Below are positions 13,425-27,004 of a stretch of 64,000 nt of DNA, piece by piece. The first letter of the stretch is position 1. Each line of letters starts with the position of its first letter. The stretch comes from Chiloscyllium plagiosum (taxonomy: Eukaryota), in contig NC_057718.1 in assembly GCF_004010195.1 (NCBI RefSeq), forward strand, positions 86,292,534 through 86,356,533. The letters run 5' to 3'. Under the pieces are notes generated by a model. It was not told the origin of the DNA, searched no databases, and was given only the letters and a program-made list of their open reading frames with translations. The translations under genes were made by a program, and so were the position numbers.

Positions 13425-15448
13425 CTCCAAAGAAAAGAGCAAACTCTCCAAATTAATGACAGAGCATTGTTTGGAGGTTATAGCTCAACATTGGGTCATT
13501 TATTCTAACATGTCTGTGTGGGTCTTCTTGCTCCACAAGAACATGCACCCATGTCACTTCCTCTCAGATATCAAAATCAGAAGGTGCTGGAGAAACTCAG
13601 TAGATCTCGTAGCATTTGTGGAGAAAGAAACAGAGTTAATGTTTCAAGTCCAGTCCAGTAAAACTCTTCTTCAAAGCACTTCTTCAGGTTTCCAGCATCT
13701 GCATTATTTGACTTTAATATTAAAACGTTACTTTCCTCTTCACTTCCACAGTGACTAGCCCATAACTAATCAACTCACCATATCTGTATGGGGGTGGCAA
13801 TACTGCATAGATTACAATGAAGTAAATTCCTCCCTCAAATTGGGAAGTTTTATGAACATGACCTGGGACACAGGAATTTATAGACAGAAGAAGAGCAAAG
13901 TCTGTTGATGATTTGGAGATGCCGGTGTTGGACTGGGGTTACAAAGTTAAAAATCACACAACACCAGGTTATAGTCCAACAGGTTTAATTGGAAGCACAT
14001 TAGCTTTTGGTGTTGTGTGATTTTTAACTTTGTACACCCCAGTCCAACACCGGCATCTCCAAATCATGACTACTTTCAACACCACTAACCATCGGCTTAA
14101 AGTGGAGAGGATCTCCAAGAAGATCGCACATATCGACACAGACATCAAGTTTTTACAGGAATGCAGGCAAGCAGGAAAGATCCCAAAAGGATTACGGATC
14201 ACGAACCCACTTAAGTCGACCCACAACACAGACTACGCAGAGAGACTTTGCCACCGCACCTTTCGTAAACTCCTCAATCATCTCGTGCACCAACTCTACA
14301 GCAGGCACCACAACCTTAAAATTCAGATGGAGTCCACACTCTCAGCCTGCACTCAGGATACATCAGTACAATTATGTGACATTGCCAAACAGACAAGGCG
14401 ACAAAACTACACCACGTACATGCACGCCAAGAACAAAAAACTGGAGAAACTTGGCATTCTCACCAGTAATAGCAAAGCCCACCCTGGAACCGCAGTAGAC
14501 AACATTATCACTGTGGGGAAGTCTATTATCAACTTATCGGACCACACCCTTCGACCCACTCTACCGCAAACCCACAGACAACCTCACAATGCTACACTTC
14601 TCCAGCTTCCACCCAAAACATATTAAAACAGCCATTCCCTATGGACATGCTCTACGCGTATACCGGATCTGCTCAGATGAAGAGGAACGTGACGGACACC
14701 TGGAAGTACTCAGGGATGCCCTCACAAGAACGGGATACGATGCCCAACTCATCGGCCACCAGTTCCGACGTGCCACAGCATGGAACCGTAATGACCTCCG
14801 CAGGAGACAGACACATGCTGCAACCAACAGGGTACCCTTCATTGTTCAGTATTTCCCAGGAGCTGAAACATTACGCCATGTTCTTCGTGACCTGCAACAC
14901 ATTATCAATGAGGATGAGCACCTCACCAAGACCTTCCCCACACCTCCACTACTTGCCTTTAAACAACCGCCAAACCTCAAACAGATCGTTGTTCGTAGCA
15001 AGCTGCCCAGCTCTCAGGACAACTCCATACAACCCTGTCACGGTAGGCGCTGCAAAACGTGTCAGAGTGTGGACATAGATACCACCATTACACGTGGGGA
15101 GACCTCCCACCTTGTACATGGCAGGTACTCATGTGACTCAGCCAACGTTGTCTATCTTATACGTTGCAGGCAAGGATGCCCGGAGGCATGGTACATTGGG
15201 GAAAATGAGCAGAGGCTATGACAACGGATGAATGGGCACCGCACAACAATCAACAGACAGGAGGACATTCGACCTCAGACCTTCGGGTGACCATCCTCCA
15301 AGGTGGACTTCGGGACAGGCAGCAGAGAAAAGTGGCCGAACAGAGGCTGATAGCTAAGTTTGGTACCCATAGGGAGGGCCTCAACCGGGACCTTGGGTTC
15401 TTGTCACATTACAGGTGACCACCATTGCACTATATACACACACAGATA

Positions 15449-15711
15449 GGTAAAAACAATGACTGCAGATGCTGGAAACCAGATTCTGGATCAGTGGTGC
15501 TGGAAGAGCACAGCAATTCAGGCAGCATCCGAAGACAGGCAAAATCGACGTTTCNNNNNNNNNNNNNNNNNNNNNNNNNNNNNNNNNNNNNNNNNNNNNN
15601 NNNNNNNNNNNNNNNNNNNNNNNNNNNNNNNNNNNNNNNNNNNNNNNNNNNNNNNNNNCTGTCTTCGGATGCTGCCTGAATTGCTGTGCTCTTCCAGCAC
15701 CACTGATCCAG
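15449..15711. mobile_element. Nested inverted-repeat insertion of a second Penelope-like family (centre in gap)
   Basis: Reverse-complement arms on either side of the N-run; 15-bp TSD atacacacacagata (15434-15448/15712-15726). Confidence 0.75.
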
Positions 15712-16385
15712 ATACACACACAGATACTCCTACACACACACACACAGAGGCACTCCTATACACATATACACATGGACACACATATACACAGACACACACA
15801 CAGACACCCACACACATCCTTACAGACACACACACTCCCACACTCACACATGCACCCCCTCACAGACTTAAGACACTCTGCACTCACTACACACACACAT
15901 TCTCACACTCACAACCCCCAACCCAGACAGACAGACACACACACACAGACACAGACAAAGACCCATATGCACACATATATGTTGTGGGGTGAATTTGTAC
16001 TTGCAGGGTTACATTGTACTTTGCTCAAAAACTGCATGCATTCATGTAGAACTCTGAGCTCAGAAGCTGCATGAATTTATGTAAAACTCCGTTATCTCAC
16101 TTTTTAGATTAGAATCAATCTAAACATCATGGCATAGACAGAGAACACAGGGGACTAACACCTTCAACATATTGTCTAGCTATCACCATTGTTAACAGCT
16201 AATCTGAGAATGCAACTTTTAAAAAAAAGGTTTTATGATTTACACATCAAAGAAGTGAAACTATCATGATAGTCTAACAGATGAAAGTCTTAACAGACAA
16301 TCAATTTTTCAATGTATAATTTCAGTTACATCACACTGTAAATTTTTGCTATAAATTCTGTGTGTTAGGATTGAGCCCTCCACTA

Positions 16386-16421
16386 CCACCTGATGAAGGA
16401 GCGACTCACCGAAAGCTAGTG
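16386..16421 (+). ncRNA. Minimal type I hammerhead ribozyme motif in the Penelope 3' terminal repeat
   Basis: cac-CTGATGA-aggagcgactcacc-GAAA-GCTA-gtg: conserved core, palindromic AGCT stem III, CAC/GTG stem I; duplicate near 18893-18928. Confidence 0.7.
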
Positions 16422-16869
16422 TGCTTCCAATTAAACCTGTTGGACTATAACCTGGTGTTGTGTGATTTTTAACTTTGTAGTCTGTTGAGTTTGCCTTCTC
16501 CCATCCTGATATTTGCATGTTCCAGGATAATGAGGTTGTTGATTAATCATAGGGATCAATCTTTATCCCATGGATCGACAGCAGACCCAGACATATATGA
16601 GGCAAGGAAAACCTGCAGTGGTAGAATCCTCTCAAGCTTGGTTAATTTATCATTAATCTCCTCCCAAACATCTGATACTAAATGCCAAAATGTTTGCTGA
16701 GAGAGAATAAATTTAATAAATAGCAGAAAGAGTTGTTAATTGAAAGAATATCCTGAAAGTGAACTCAGCGCAGAGAAAGACTGAGGTGTCGTACGTTGAA
16801 GGATACATCAAGAACAAGAACAGACTGAAAAAGTGATTCAGATAAAAACAATCAGGTTTAGCTTCTTCC

Positions 16870-16939
16870 CAGGGACTCCGAAGATAGCCAGGAAATTACA
16901 GGAAATGTAAGCTGTCTGTTCGATTATCGAGCGTTCCAT
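16870..16939 (-). pseudogene. GPR139-like exon 1 of pseudogene B (dead donor)
   Basis: MERSIIEQTAYISCNFLAIFGVP-G|ggaag (GT changed to GG). Confidence 0.8.
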
Positions 16940-17443
16940 TAGACCCAGTTTTTTGGGAGCAGAGATGACAGAAATCAATGAAGACTGACCCTGAATCACC
17001 AGGTGTTCTCTGTTTGTGACAGTTCCCTAAACATTTGGCTATCCTGTTTCTGAAAAATAGAAATAGTCTGAAAAATGAATAAAAAATAGGACCATGTTTC
17101 TGTTCCCCGAGACCATTTGCTCAGCTCTAATCTGCAGCATCAGTGCAGGAACTCTCCACATGCCACGATAGATACAGAGGTTCCTGCCATGTTGTTACAA
17201 TGCAGTTTAACACAGTTATTACTCATTTATCTGAGACTGTTTATTCTGCANNNNNNNNNNNNNNNNNNNNNNNNNNNNNNNNNNNNNNNNNNNNNNNNNN
17301 NNNNNNNNNNNNNNNNNNNNNNNNNNNNNNNNNNNNNNNNNNNNNNNNNNNNNNNNNNNNNNNNNNNNNNNNNNNNNNNNNNNNNNNNNNNNNNNNNNNN
17401 NNNNNNNNNNNNNNNNNNNNNNNNNNNNNNNNNNNNNNNNNNN

Positions 17444-19757
17444 CCCACACCTCCACTACTTGCCTTTAAACAACCGCCAAACCTCAAACAGATCGTTGTT
17501 CGTAGCAAGCTGCCCAGCTCTCAGGACAACTCCATACAACCCTGTCACGGTAGGCGCTGCAAAACGTGTCAGAGTGTGGACATAGATACCACCATTACAC
17601 GTGGGGAGACCTCCCACCTTGTACATGGCAGGTACTCATGTGACTCAGCCAACGTTGTCTATCTTATACGTTGCAGGCAAGGATGCCCGGAGGCATGGTA
17701 CATTGGGGAAAATGAGCAGAGGCTATGACAACGGATGAATGGGCACCGCACAACAATCAACAGACAGGAGGACATTCGACCTCAGACCTTCGGGTGACCA
17801 TCCTCCAAGGTGGACTTCGGGACAGGCAGCAGTGAAAAGTGGCCGAGCAGAGGCTGATTGCTAAGTTTGGTACCCATAGGGAGGGCCTCAACCGGGACCT
17901 TGGGTTCTTGTCACATTACAGGTGACCACCATTGCACTATATACACACACAGATAGGTAAAAACAATGACTGCAGATGCTGGAAACCAGATTCTGGATCA
18001 GTGGTGCTGGAAGAGCACAGCAATTCAGGCAGCATCCGAAGACAGGCAAAATCGACGTTTCNNNNNNNNNNNNNNNNNNNNNNNNNNNNNNNNNNNNNNN
18101 NNNNNNNNNNNNNNNNNNNNNNNNNNNNNNNNNNNNNNNNNNNNNNNNNNNNNNNNNNNNNNNNNCTGTCTTCGGATGCTGCCTGAATTGCTGTGCTCTT
18201 CCAGCACCACTGATCCAGATACACACACAGATACTCCTACACACACACACACAGAGGCACTCCTATACACATATACACATGGACACACATATACACAGAC
18301 ACACACACAGACACCCACACACATCCTTACAGACACACACACTCCCACACTCACACATGCACCCCCTCACAGACTTAAGACACTCTGCACTCACTACACA
18401 CACACATTCTCACACTCACAACCCCCAACCCAGACAGACAGACACACACACACAGACACAGACAAAGACCCATATGCACACATATATGTTGTGGGGTGAA
18501 TTTGTACTTGCAGGGTTACATTGTACTTTGCTCAAAAACTGCATGCATTCATGTAGAACTCTGAGCTCAGAAGCTGCATGAATTTATGTAAAACTCCGTT
18601 ATCTCACTTTTTAGATTAGAATCAATCTAAACATCATGGCATAGACAGAGAACACAGGGGACTAACACCTTCAACATATTGTCTAGCTATCACCATTGTT
18701 AACAGCTAATCTGAGAATGCAACTTTTAAAAAAAAGGTTTTATGATTTACACATCAAAGAAGTGAAACTATCATGATAGTCTAACAGATGAAAGTCTTAA
18801 CAGACAATCAATTTTTCAATGTATAATTTCAGTTACATCACACTGTAAATTTTTGCTATAAATTCTGTGTGTTAGGATTGAGCCCTCCACTACCACCTGA
18901 TGAAGGAGCGACTCACCGAAAGCTAGTGTGCTTCCAATTAAACCTGTTGGACTATAACCTGGTGTTGTGTGATTTTTAACTTTGTAGTCTGTTGAGTTTG
19001 CCTTCTCCCATCCTGATATTTGCATGTTCCAGGATAATGAGGTTGTTGATTAATCATAGGGATCAATCTTTATCCCATGGATCGACAGCAGACCCAGACA
19101 TATATGAGGCAAGGAAAACCTGCAGTGGTAGAATCCTCTCAAGCTTGGTTAATTTATCATTAATCTCCTCCCAAACATCTGATACTAAATGCCAAAATGT
19201 TTGCTGAGAGAGAATAAATTTAATAAATAGCAGAAAGAGTTGTTAATTGAAAGAATATCCTGAAAGTGAACTCAGCGCAGAGAAAGACTGAGGTGTCGTA
19301 CGTTGAAGGATACATCAAGAACAAGAACAGACTGAAAAAGTGATTCAGATAAAAACAATCAGGTTTAGCTTCTTCCCAGGGACTCCGAAGATAGCCAGGA
19401 AATTACAGGAAATGTAAGCTGTCTGTTCGATTATCGAGCGTTCCATTAGACCCAGTTTTTTGGGAGCAGAGATGACAGAAATCAATGAAGACTGACCCTG
19501 AATCACCAGGTGTTCTCTGTTTGTGACAGTTCCCTAAACATTTGGCTATCCTGTTTCTGAAAAATAGAAATAGTCTGAAAAATGAATAAAAAATAGGACC
19601 ATGTTTCTGTTCCCCGAGACCATTTGCTCAGCTCTAATCTGCAGCATCAGTGCAGGAACTCTCCACATGCCACGATAGATACAGAGGTTCCTGCCATGTT
19701 GTTACAATGCAGTTTAACACAGTTATTACTCATTTATCTGAGACTGTTTATTCTGCA
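17444..19757. repeat. Near-identical copy of 14937-17250 (offset 2507), gap-flanked
   Basis: Almost identical sequence with an internal gap at the same place; few substitutions. Confidence 0.9.
19377..19446 (-). pseudogene. GPR139-like exon 1, duplicate of 16870-16939
   Basis: Same sequence and GG donor. Confidence 0.75.
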
Positions 19758-20796
19758 NNNNNNNNNNNNNNNNNNNNNNNNNNNNNNNNNNNNNNNNNNN
19801 NNNNNNNNNNNNNNNNNNNNNNNNNNNNNNNNNNNNNNNNNNNNNNNNNNNNNNNNNNNNNNNNNNNNNNNNNNNNNNNNNNNNNNNNNNNNNNNNNNNN
19901 NNNNNNNNNNNNNNNNNNNNNNNNNNNNNNNNNNNNNNNNNNNNNNNNNNNNNNNNNNNNNNNNNNNNNNNNNNNNNNNNNNNNNNNNNNNNNNNNNNNN
20001 NNNNNNNNNNNNNNNNNNNNNNNNNNNNNNNNNNNNNNNNNNNNNNNNNNNNNNNNNNNNNNNNNNNNNNNNNNNNNNNNNNNNNNNNNNNNNNNNNNNN
20101 NNNNNNNNNNNNNNNNNNNNNNNNNNNNNNNNNNNNNNNNNNNNNNNNNNNNNNNNNNNAGAAACAGAGTTAATGTTTCAAAAGACTTCTTCAGGTTTCC
20201 AGCATCTGCATTATTTGACTTTTATATCAAAATGGTATGTTCCTCTTCACTTCCACCGTGACTAGCCCCTAACTGATAAACTCACCATATCCATACGAGG
20301 GTGGCAATACTGCACAGAGTACAATGAAGTAAATTCCTTCCCCAGACTGGGAAGTTTTATGAACATGACCTGGGACACAGGAATTTATAGACAGAGGAAG
20401 AGCGAAGACTGTTGAGTTTGCCTTCTCCCATCCTGATATTTGCATGTTCCAGGATAATGAAGTTGTTGATTAATCATAGCGATCAATCTTTATCCCATGG
20501 ATCAACAGCAGACCCAGACATATATGAGGCAAGGAAAACCTGCAGTGGTAGAGTCCTCTCAAACTTGGTTAATTTATCATTAATCTCCTCCCAAACACCT
20601 GATACGAAATGCCAAAATGTTTGCTGAGAGAGAATAAATTTAATAAATAGCAGAAAGAGTTGTTAATTGAAAGAATATCCTGAAAGTGAACTCAGCGCAG
20701 AGAAAGACTGAGGTGTTGTACGTTGAAGGATACATCAAGAACAAGAACAGAGTGAAAAAGTGATTCGGATAAAAACAATCAGGTTTAGCTTCTTCC

Positions 20797-20866
20797 CAGG
20801 GACTCCGAAGATAGCCAGGAAATTGCAGGAAATGTAAGCTGTCTGTTCGATTATCGAGCGTTCCAT
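20797..20866 (-). pseudogene. GPR139-like exon 1 (paralog or allele lacking the Penelope insertion)
   Basis: MERSIIEQTAYISCNFLAIFGVP-G|ggaag; adjacent intron matches 13625-13905 + 16479-16870. Confidence 0.8.
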
Positions 20867-22135
20867 TAGACCCAGTTTTTTGGGAGCAGAGATGACAGAA
20901 ATCAATGAAGACTGACCCTGAATCACCAGGTGTTCTCTGTTTGTGACAGTTCCCTAAACATTTGGCTATCCTGTTTCTGAAAAATAGAAATAGTCTGAAA
21001 AATGAATAAAAAATAGGACCATGTTTCTGTTCCCCGAGACCATTTGCTCACCTCATATCCGCAGCATCAGTGCAGGAACTCTCCACATGCCACGATAGAT
21101 ACAGAGGTTCCTGCCATGTTGTTACAATGCAGTTTAACACAGTTATTACTCATTTATCTGAGACTGTTTATTCTGCATTGTTTACCTCTTTCAGGTCTTT
21201 TCCATTAAATTGATAAAAATGAATTTGAACATGAAATGAGACTGAAGTTTCAATTTGAGGATCTGATTTTCCCTGGTCTTTATTTACTCAGTAGAAAATA
21301 ATCTATGTGGCTTTGGCTGGTTTTATGAAAGAGTTATCCAGTCATTCCCGTTCCCCTGTTCCTTCCCTGTAAATATTTCCTTTCCAGGTGTAACTGTGTC
21401 TCAATTGGGATCCCCTCTGTCTGAATCACATGGCTCTGGGTTCCAGTCCCATATGATCAGGAAGCAATTCTTCACTCAATGGCTGGTGACCCAATGTCAT
21501 TCTCTCCCACAGGAGGCAGTGGAGGCCAAGTCACTGAATATCACCAAGAAAGAGATTGATAATGTTTTAGGTATTAAAAATATTAAGGAGTATGGGGACA
21601 AAGTAAGAATATGGCATTAGGATAGGGGATGAGGGATGGTCATATTGAACAGTGTCCTGGTTCTCCCAGTTTCTGTTTCTGAGCTTGAGCAGAAATGNNN
21701 NNNNNNNNNNNNNNNNNNNNNNNNNNNNNNNNNNNNNNNNNNNNNNNNNNNNNNNCTGAGAAGGAATTGCTGTACTTTTAAAAAAAGAGTTACTGAAACT
21801 CATTGTCAGTGGAGTTTGCACTGTTGCCTTTCACTGGGGAATAAGAGATGAGGAGACGCTTGCTCTGTGTACAAAGTGAGATGCAGCCAGCAGGAGGTTG
21901 CTGATTGGTTTGTGGAGTTGTGACTGTTTGTGGATACCAAAGGCCATCAGCTTCACAACAACTATCTGATTGGCTCTTCACCTCTGACAGTGCAGTGAGT
22001 GTGTTTGTGTATTGAAGAACATGGCGTCAGGCACAGAGAGAAGAATACTGCCTTATGGTCACTTTCAATATAAACTTCAAAGACAGAAATTAAGATAGAA
22101 TGCAGTAAAATTATTTGAATCTATGCTTCTTTATT

Positions 22136-22488
22136 TCATGTAATGATTATTTTGTATATCTAATAATTGCAACAAGTGGATATGGTGTCACATTTCTCAG
22201 TTTCTGTCTGAATTTAGTCTGGGCCAATGCATAAACGCATGTGTTGTACAGGAGCTCATCAGTAGAAACTTATCTGTGGTGCAGTAATGGATCTGTGGAT
22301 TGATCTGGCTCATATTGACGTTCCATAATGATGTTCTTTAATCCTGGAAATGAGGAAAAATACAACATTTGGCATCCACAGCATGATGAAAGTGAAAGAG
22401 ATGGCGAACAGTAAAGTGATGGATTTCCTTCGGCTCTGGATCATCGCTGTTGTGGGTGTTGCATTGACCTTGCAGTGATCTGCGGGTT
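22136..22488 (-). pseudogene. GPR139-like 3' fragment (ICL3 to C-terminus), copy 1
   Basis: TRRSLQGQCNTHNSDDPE/RRKSITLLFAIS..LWMP aligns with 50205-50568; frameshifted. Confidence 0.85.
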
Positions 22489-23258
22489 TAAACTCAGTGA
22501 ATTATATTGTTATAGACTAGGCCAGACCACTCAAACCATTCTTAAGTAGGCATCACAATTAGGTTAGTACTTCCCAGTTTATTTCCACATATCTCCCATG
22601 TGATCGTAATAACTCTTTCAGGTTATTTCGATTTTCTTGTGGAAGGTAACTCAACAAAATCCCAGTGAGGAATGGCGATGCTCACTTGTACAATAACCAA
22701 AGGAAGAGACTCCACAAACATCCCCATCCTCAATGATGGTAGACAGTGCTCTAACGGGGCACTGAGTCAGTAACAACCTGCTGTCTAATACCCCACTCGG
22801 AGTTGTCTTTGGCCATGCCTGTCTGAAAATAACATTTTTCTTTTGTATTTTTGATTGTATATTAAAATTGGAAAAGGACTGTTTACAACAAAAGACTGAG
22901 GAAGGAATTGCTGTACTTTTAAAAAGCAAGTTACTGAAACTCATTGTAAGTGGAGTTTGCACTGTTGCTTTTCACTGGGGAATAAGAGATGAGGAGACGC
23001 TGGCTCTGTGTACAAAGTGAGATTCAGCTAGCAGGAGGTTGCTGATTGGTTTGTGGAGTTGTGACTGTTTGTGGATACCAAAGGCCATCAGCTTCACAAC
23101 AACTATCTGATTGGCTCTTCACCTCTGACAGTGCAGTGAGTGTGTTTGTGTATTGAAGAACATGGCGTCAGGCAGAGTGAGAAGAATACTGCCTTATGGT
23201 CACTTTCAATATTAAGCTTCAAGGACAGAAATTAAGATATAATCTGTGTTTCTTTATT

Positions 23259-23596
23259 TCACGTAATGATTATTTTGTATATCCAATAATTACAATAAAT
23301 GGATATGGTATCACATTTCTCAATTTCTGGGCCAATGCATAAACGCATGTGTTGTACAGGAGCTCAGCAGTAGAAACTTATCTGTGGTGCAGTAATGGAT
23401 CTGTGGATTGATCTGGCTCATAATGACGTTCCATAATGATGTTCTTTAATCCTGGAAATGAGGAAAAACACAACATTTGGCATCCACAGCACGATGAAAG
23501 TGAAAGAGATGGCGAACAGTAAAGTGATGGATTTCCTTCGGCTCTGGATCATCGCTGTTGTGGGTGTTGCATTGACCTTGCAGTGATCTGCGGGTT
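23259..23596 (-). pseudogene. GPR139-like 3' fragment, copy 2
   Basis: Same fragment inside a ~1.1-kb tandem duplication; ends ~20 bp from a Gypsy LTR remnant. Confidence 0.85.
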
Positions 23597-23615
23597 TAAA
23601 CTCAGTGAATTATAT

Positions 23616-26600
23616 TGTTATAGACTAGGCCAGACCACTCAAACCATTCTTAAGTAGGCATCACAATTAGGTTAGTACTTCCCAGTTTATTTCCACATAT
23701 CTCCCATGTGATCGTAATAACTCTTTCAGGTTATTTCGATTTTCTTGTGGAAGGTAACTCAACAATTTATCCCAACTTTTGACAACTTCCTCATTGTCCA
23801 ATTTGATTTGAGGAATGTCCAATTCAGAATCCTCTGAACTTGGTTCATCCTTCTGCGCTGTAATCATTAACACCTTCTCCTCTTGCTTTCCTTCCCCATC
23901 AAAATACCTTTTGAGCATATTCACATGACACACTCTGTGAGATTTCTTCCTGTCTTGGGTCCTTGTCAAGTAGTTCACCTCACTCAATTTCTTCACGATT
24001 TTATAAAGTCCAATAAACTTTGCTTTTAAAGGCTCATCTGTTACAGGAAGTAATACCATTACCTTATCCCCAATTGCAAAATTGCACATTTGTAATTTCT
24101 TATCAGCTTCCTGTTGCAATGTATGCTGAGATACTTTTAAATACTGTCTAACCAACTCCCCAGCTCTATTTAATCATTCTCTAAAAGTTAGCATAAAGTC
24201 CAAATGGGTGGTTTCTGAATTCTGACTTATTAATTTCTCATTAATCAATTTTAACAGTCTCTTACTTCATGTCTAAAAATTACTTCAAATGGACTGAATT
24301 CAGTCGATTCATTTGGTGCATCTCTGATCGCAAGAAGTACAAAGGGAACTCCCTTATCCCAATCATCTGGATAATCCTGACCATAAGCCCTCAACCTGGT
24401 CTTTAGTGTTTGATGCCATCTCTCGTGCTTCTGTGATTCTGGAAGGTACGCAGTAGATTTGAATTTCTTTATTCCCAAATTATTCATAATCTCCTTGAAT
24501 AGTTTGGATGAGAAGTTTGATCCTTGATCTGACTGGATCTCTATTGGGAGTCCATATCAAATAAAAAACTTAAGTAATTCTTCTCCAACCCTTTAAGCTA
24601 TGATGTTTCATAATGGCATTGCCTCTGGAAATTTAGTTGATGCGTCCATTATTGTTAATAAATATTTATTCCCACTTTTTTGTTTGAGGTAGGGGACAGA
24701 CACAATCAATCAAGACTCCTGTGAAAGGTTCCTGGAATAGGTACTAAAGGTGCAGGCTTTATTACTGCCTGTGGTTTTCTGATTAGCTGACATGTATGAC
24801 ACATCTGGCAAAATTCAACTCCATCCTTGTGTCGTCCAGGCCAGTAAAATTGTCTTTGTATTTTGGCCTGTGTTTTCCTCACTCTTAAGTGACCTCCGAG
24901 TGGTAGCTCATGTGCCACCCGCAGCACCTTCTTTCTATACCCTACTGGCAAAACAATCTGATGAACCTCTGCCCATTTCTCATCTGCTTGAATGTGTGAT
25001 GGTCTCCATTTCCTCATTAAGACATCATTTGTTAAGTAATAACACACAGAGATGCATTCACTCTCCTCTGTTTAAGCCTTTTGATATAACTGTTTTAAAT
25101 TCTCATTTCTCTGCTGTAACTCAATCAATTTAGCAGGGCTGAAAATACTTGCATGTTTACCTATTTGTTCCTGCTGTGTCACACTTATCTGATTAAAACA
25201 AAACTCCGATAAAGCTCTATCAGCTTCCTTATCTGTGCCTTTTGGACTCTCCTGCTTCAGCTTGTGCCTCTGTGGTCTTGTGACCACACAATCAGGGAAA
25301 ATTTCTGGATAAACATCTTCCATTTCTTCAGTTGCCTGAGTCTCCACTGGCTTTTCAACTAGAGAAGGCAACACACCTACCAGTGAATCAGCGATATCAT
25401 TTGCAAGGATCAAATTGTATTCCTACATCTGAGAGTTTGTCCAGTGCTCCAACCACAAATCCTCTTCACTGGACTCTCTGGCCTCACTTTACATAATTGA
25501 GCACTTTTTGTCTCACCATGAATTCCTGTTACCAGTAGCTTTTCCAGCAATAGTCCTTCAGGAGTACATATTTCCTCATCCTTCAGCATTACAGACTGAG
25601 AGAAACCTGTGTTCCTTAATACTGTAACCTCTTTGCCTGGTACTCCTGGCCTATGTGAATAAACTTTACCCTTGCATGGATATCTTTTAAGCAGATCTGG
25701 CACTTCTGTCTTAACCAACCTCTGATCATCTTGTACACTCTGAGGCAGTTGTCTAACCTTCCTTGTGCTTTTTGTTACCAGTCCAATAAAACTGCCAGGC
25801 TTGTCTGGTTTTCCTACATCAGGCTTTCTCTTGGCCCACCAACACTGTGACTTCGTGTGGCCCACTTTATTACAATGAAAACACCAGAGCTTTTTAACTT
25901 CTTTGTCCCCCTCAAGGGTTTCTTTTTTACCCTGTGGTAAGTTATCCTTATGATCTTCTCTGAGATCTACTTTTCCCTTTCCAGGTGAGGATTTCTCTTT
26001 GCCCCAATTTCTATCCCTCATGGACTGAAACTGATTCTGGAAGCCAAACCGAGTTTTATGGACCAGCTCATAATCATCAGCCACTTCAGTTGCCAACCTT
26101 GCCATTTTAACTCCTTGCTTTTCTACATGAGTTCGCACTACTTCCTCACTAAGGTTACCCTCAGCCTTTATCTCCAGCCTTTTAAGCTGACTTTCCTGTT
26201 TAAAGTGTCAGTTTTTGAAGTTCAAATGGTCTCTCTTTTTCTCTCTGTTTTACTGCTCTCTCTTTTCCTTTCTCTTCTGTCTCTCTCTCTCTCTCTTTCC
26301 CTCTCTCTATTGCTCTCTCTTTTTACTCTCTTCTGCCTCTCTCCTTTTCCCTCTCTCTCTGCTGCTCTCTCATTTTCCCTCTATTCTGCTTTTGAATNNN
26401 NNNNNNNNNNNNNNNNNNNNNNNNNNNNNNNNNNNNNNNNNNNNNNNNNNNNNNNNNNNNNNNNNNNNNNNNNNNNNNNNNNNNNNNNNNNNNNNNNNNN
26501 NNNNNNNNNNNNNNNNNNNNNNNNNNNNNNNNNNNNNNNNNNNNNNNNGCCTCTCCCCCAAGTCCCTCCTCCCTACCTTTTATCTTAGCCTGCTTGGCAC

Positions 26601-26920
26601 ACTCTCCTCATTCCTGAAGAAGGGCTCATGCCCGAAATGTTGATTCTCCTGCTCTTTGGATGCTGCCTGACCTGCTGCGCTTTTCCAGCAACACATTTTC
26701 AGCTCATTCTCCTTTTGCAAACCTTCCAAAGTCACCACATCCACTTACAGAAAACCTTTGGCGATTGAAAGAGCCATTCCTATGCCAAGCTTTGTCCACC
26801 CAACCAAACCAAATAAAGAGCCTGGCACCTGCCACTCGCTGTTTAAAATCCCACTAAGAGCCCCCAGTCTGTTATGGACTAGGCCAGAGCACTCCAAACA
26901 GTCTTAAGCAGGCGGCTCTG
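23616..26920 (-). mobile_element. Gmr1-like Gypsy LTR retrotransposon, RT/RNaseH deleted
   Basis: gag zinc knuckle CFHCNKVGHTKSQC; protease LRNTGFSQS; integrase (HELPLGGHL..CHTCQ, ERWHQTLK); matching LTR ends tgttat(a/g)gactaggccag at 23616 and 26870. Confidence 0.9.
26848..26866 (-). promoter_or_regulatory. Degenerate tRNA-Pro primer-binding site
   Basis: TGGGGGCTCTTAGTGGGAT 3 nt after the LTR end ...ATAACA (PBS-Pro consensus TGGGGGCTCGTCCGGGAT). Confidence 0.65.
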
Positions 26921-27004
26921 GGAGATGAACTGAAGCAATTCCCAAGTGACCCTGCAGCAGGACCTGAGTAAACGTTGCTGCAGCAGATAGCAACACAAAG
27001 CTGA

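Larger units (their letters stand above)
13909..16478 (+). mobile_element. Internally deleted Penelope-like retroelement
   Basis: N-terminal ORF from ATG 14066 joined near 14555 to RT thumb (YRKPTD..HFSSFHP) and GIY-YIG (NVVYLIRC..WYIGE); inverted 5' repeat; 10-bp TSD agtctgttga (13899-13908/16479-16488). Confidence 0.9.

Noticed and set aside
13909..14066. Hairpin resembling DNA-transposon TIRs or a pre-miRNA
   Set aside because: Explained as the inverted terminal repeat of the Penelope-like element
15381..20265. Long ORFs spanning N-runs and CA microsatellites (also 61973-63075)
   Set aside because: Artefacts of gaps and low-complexity sequence
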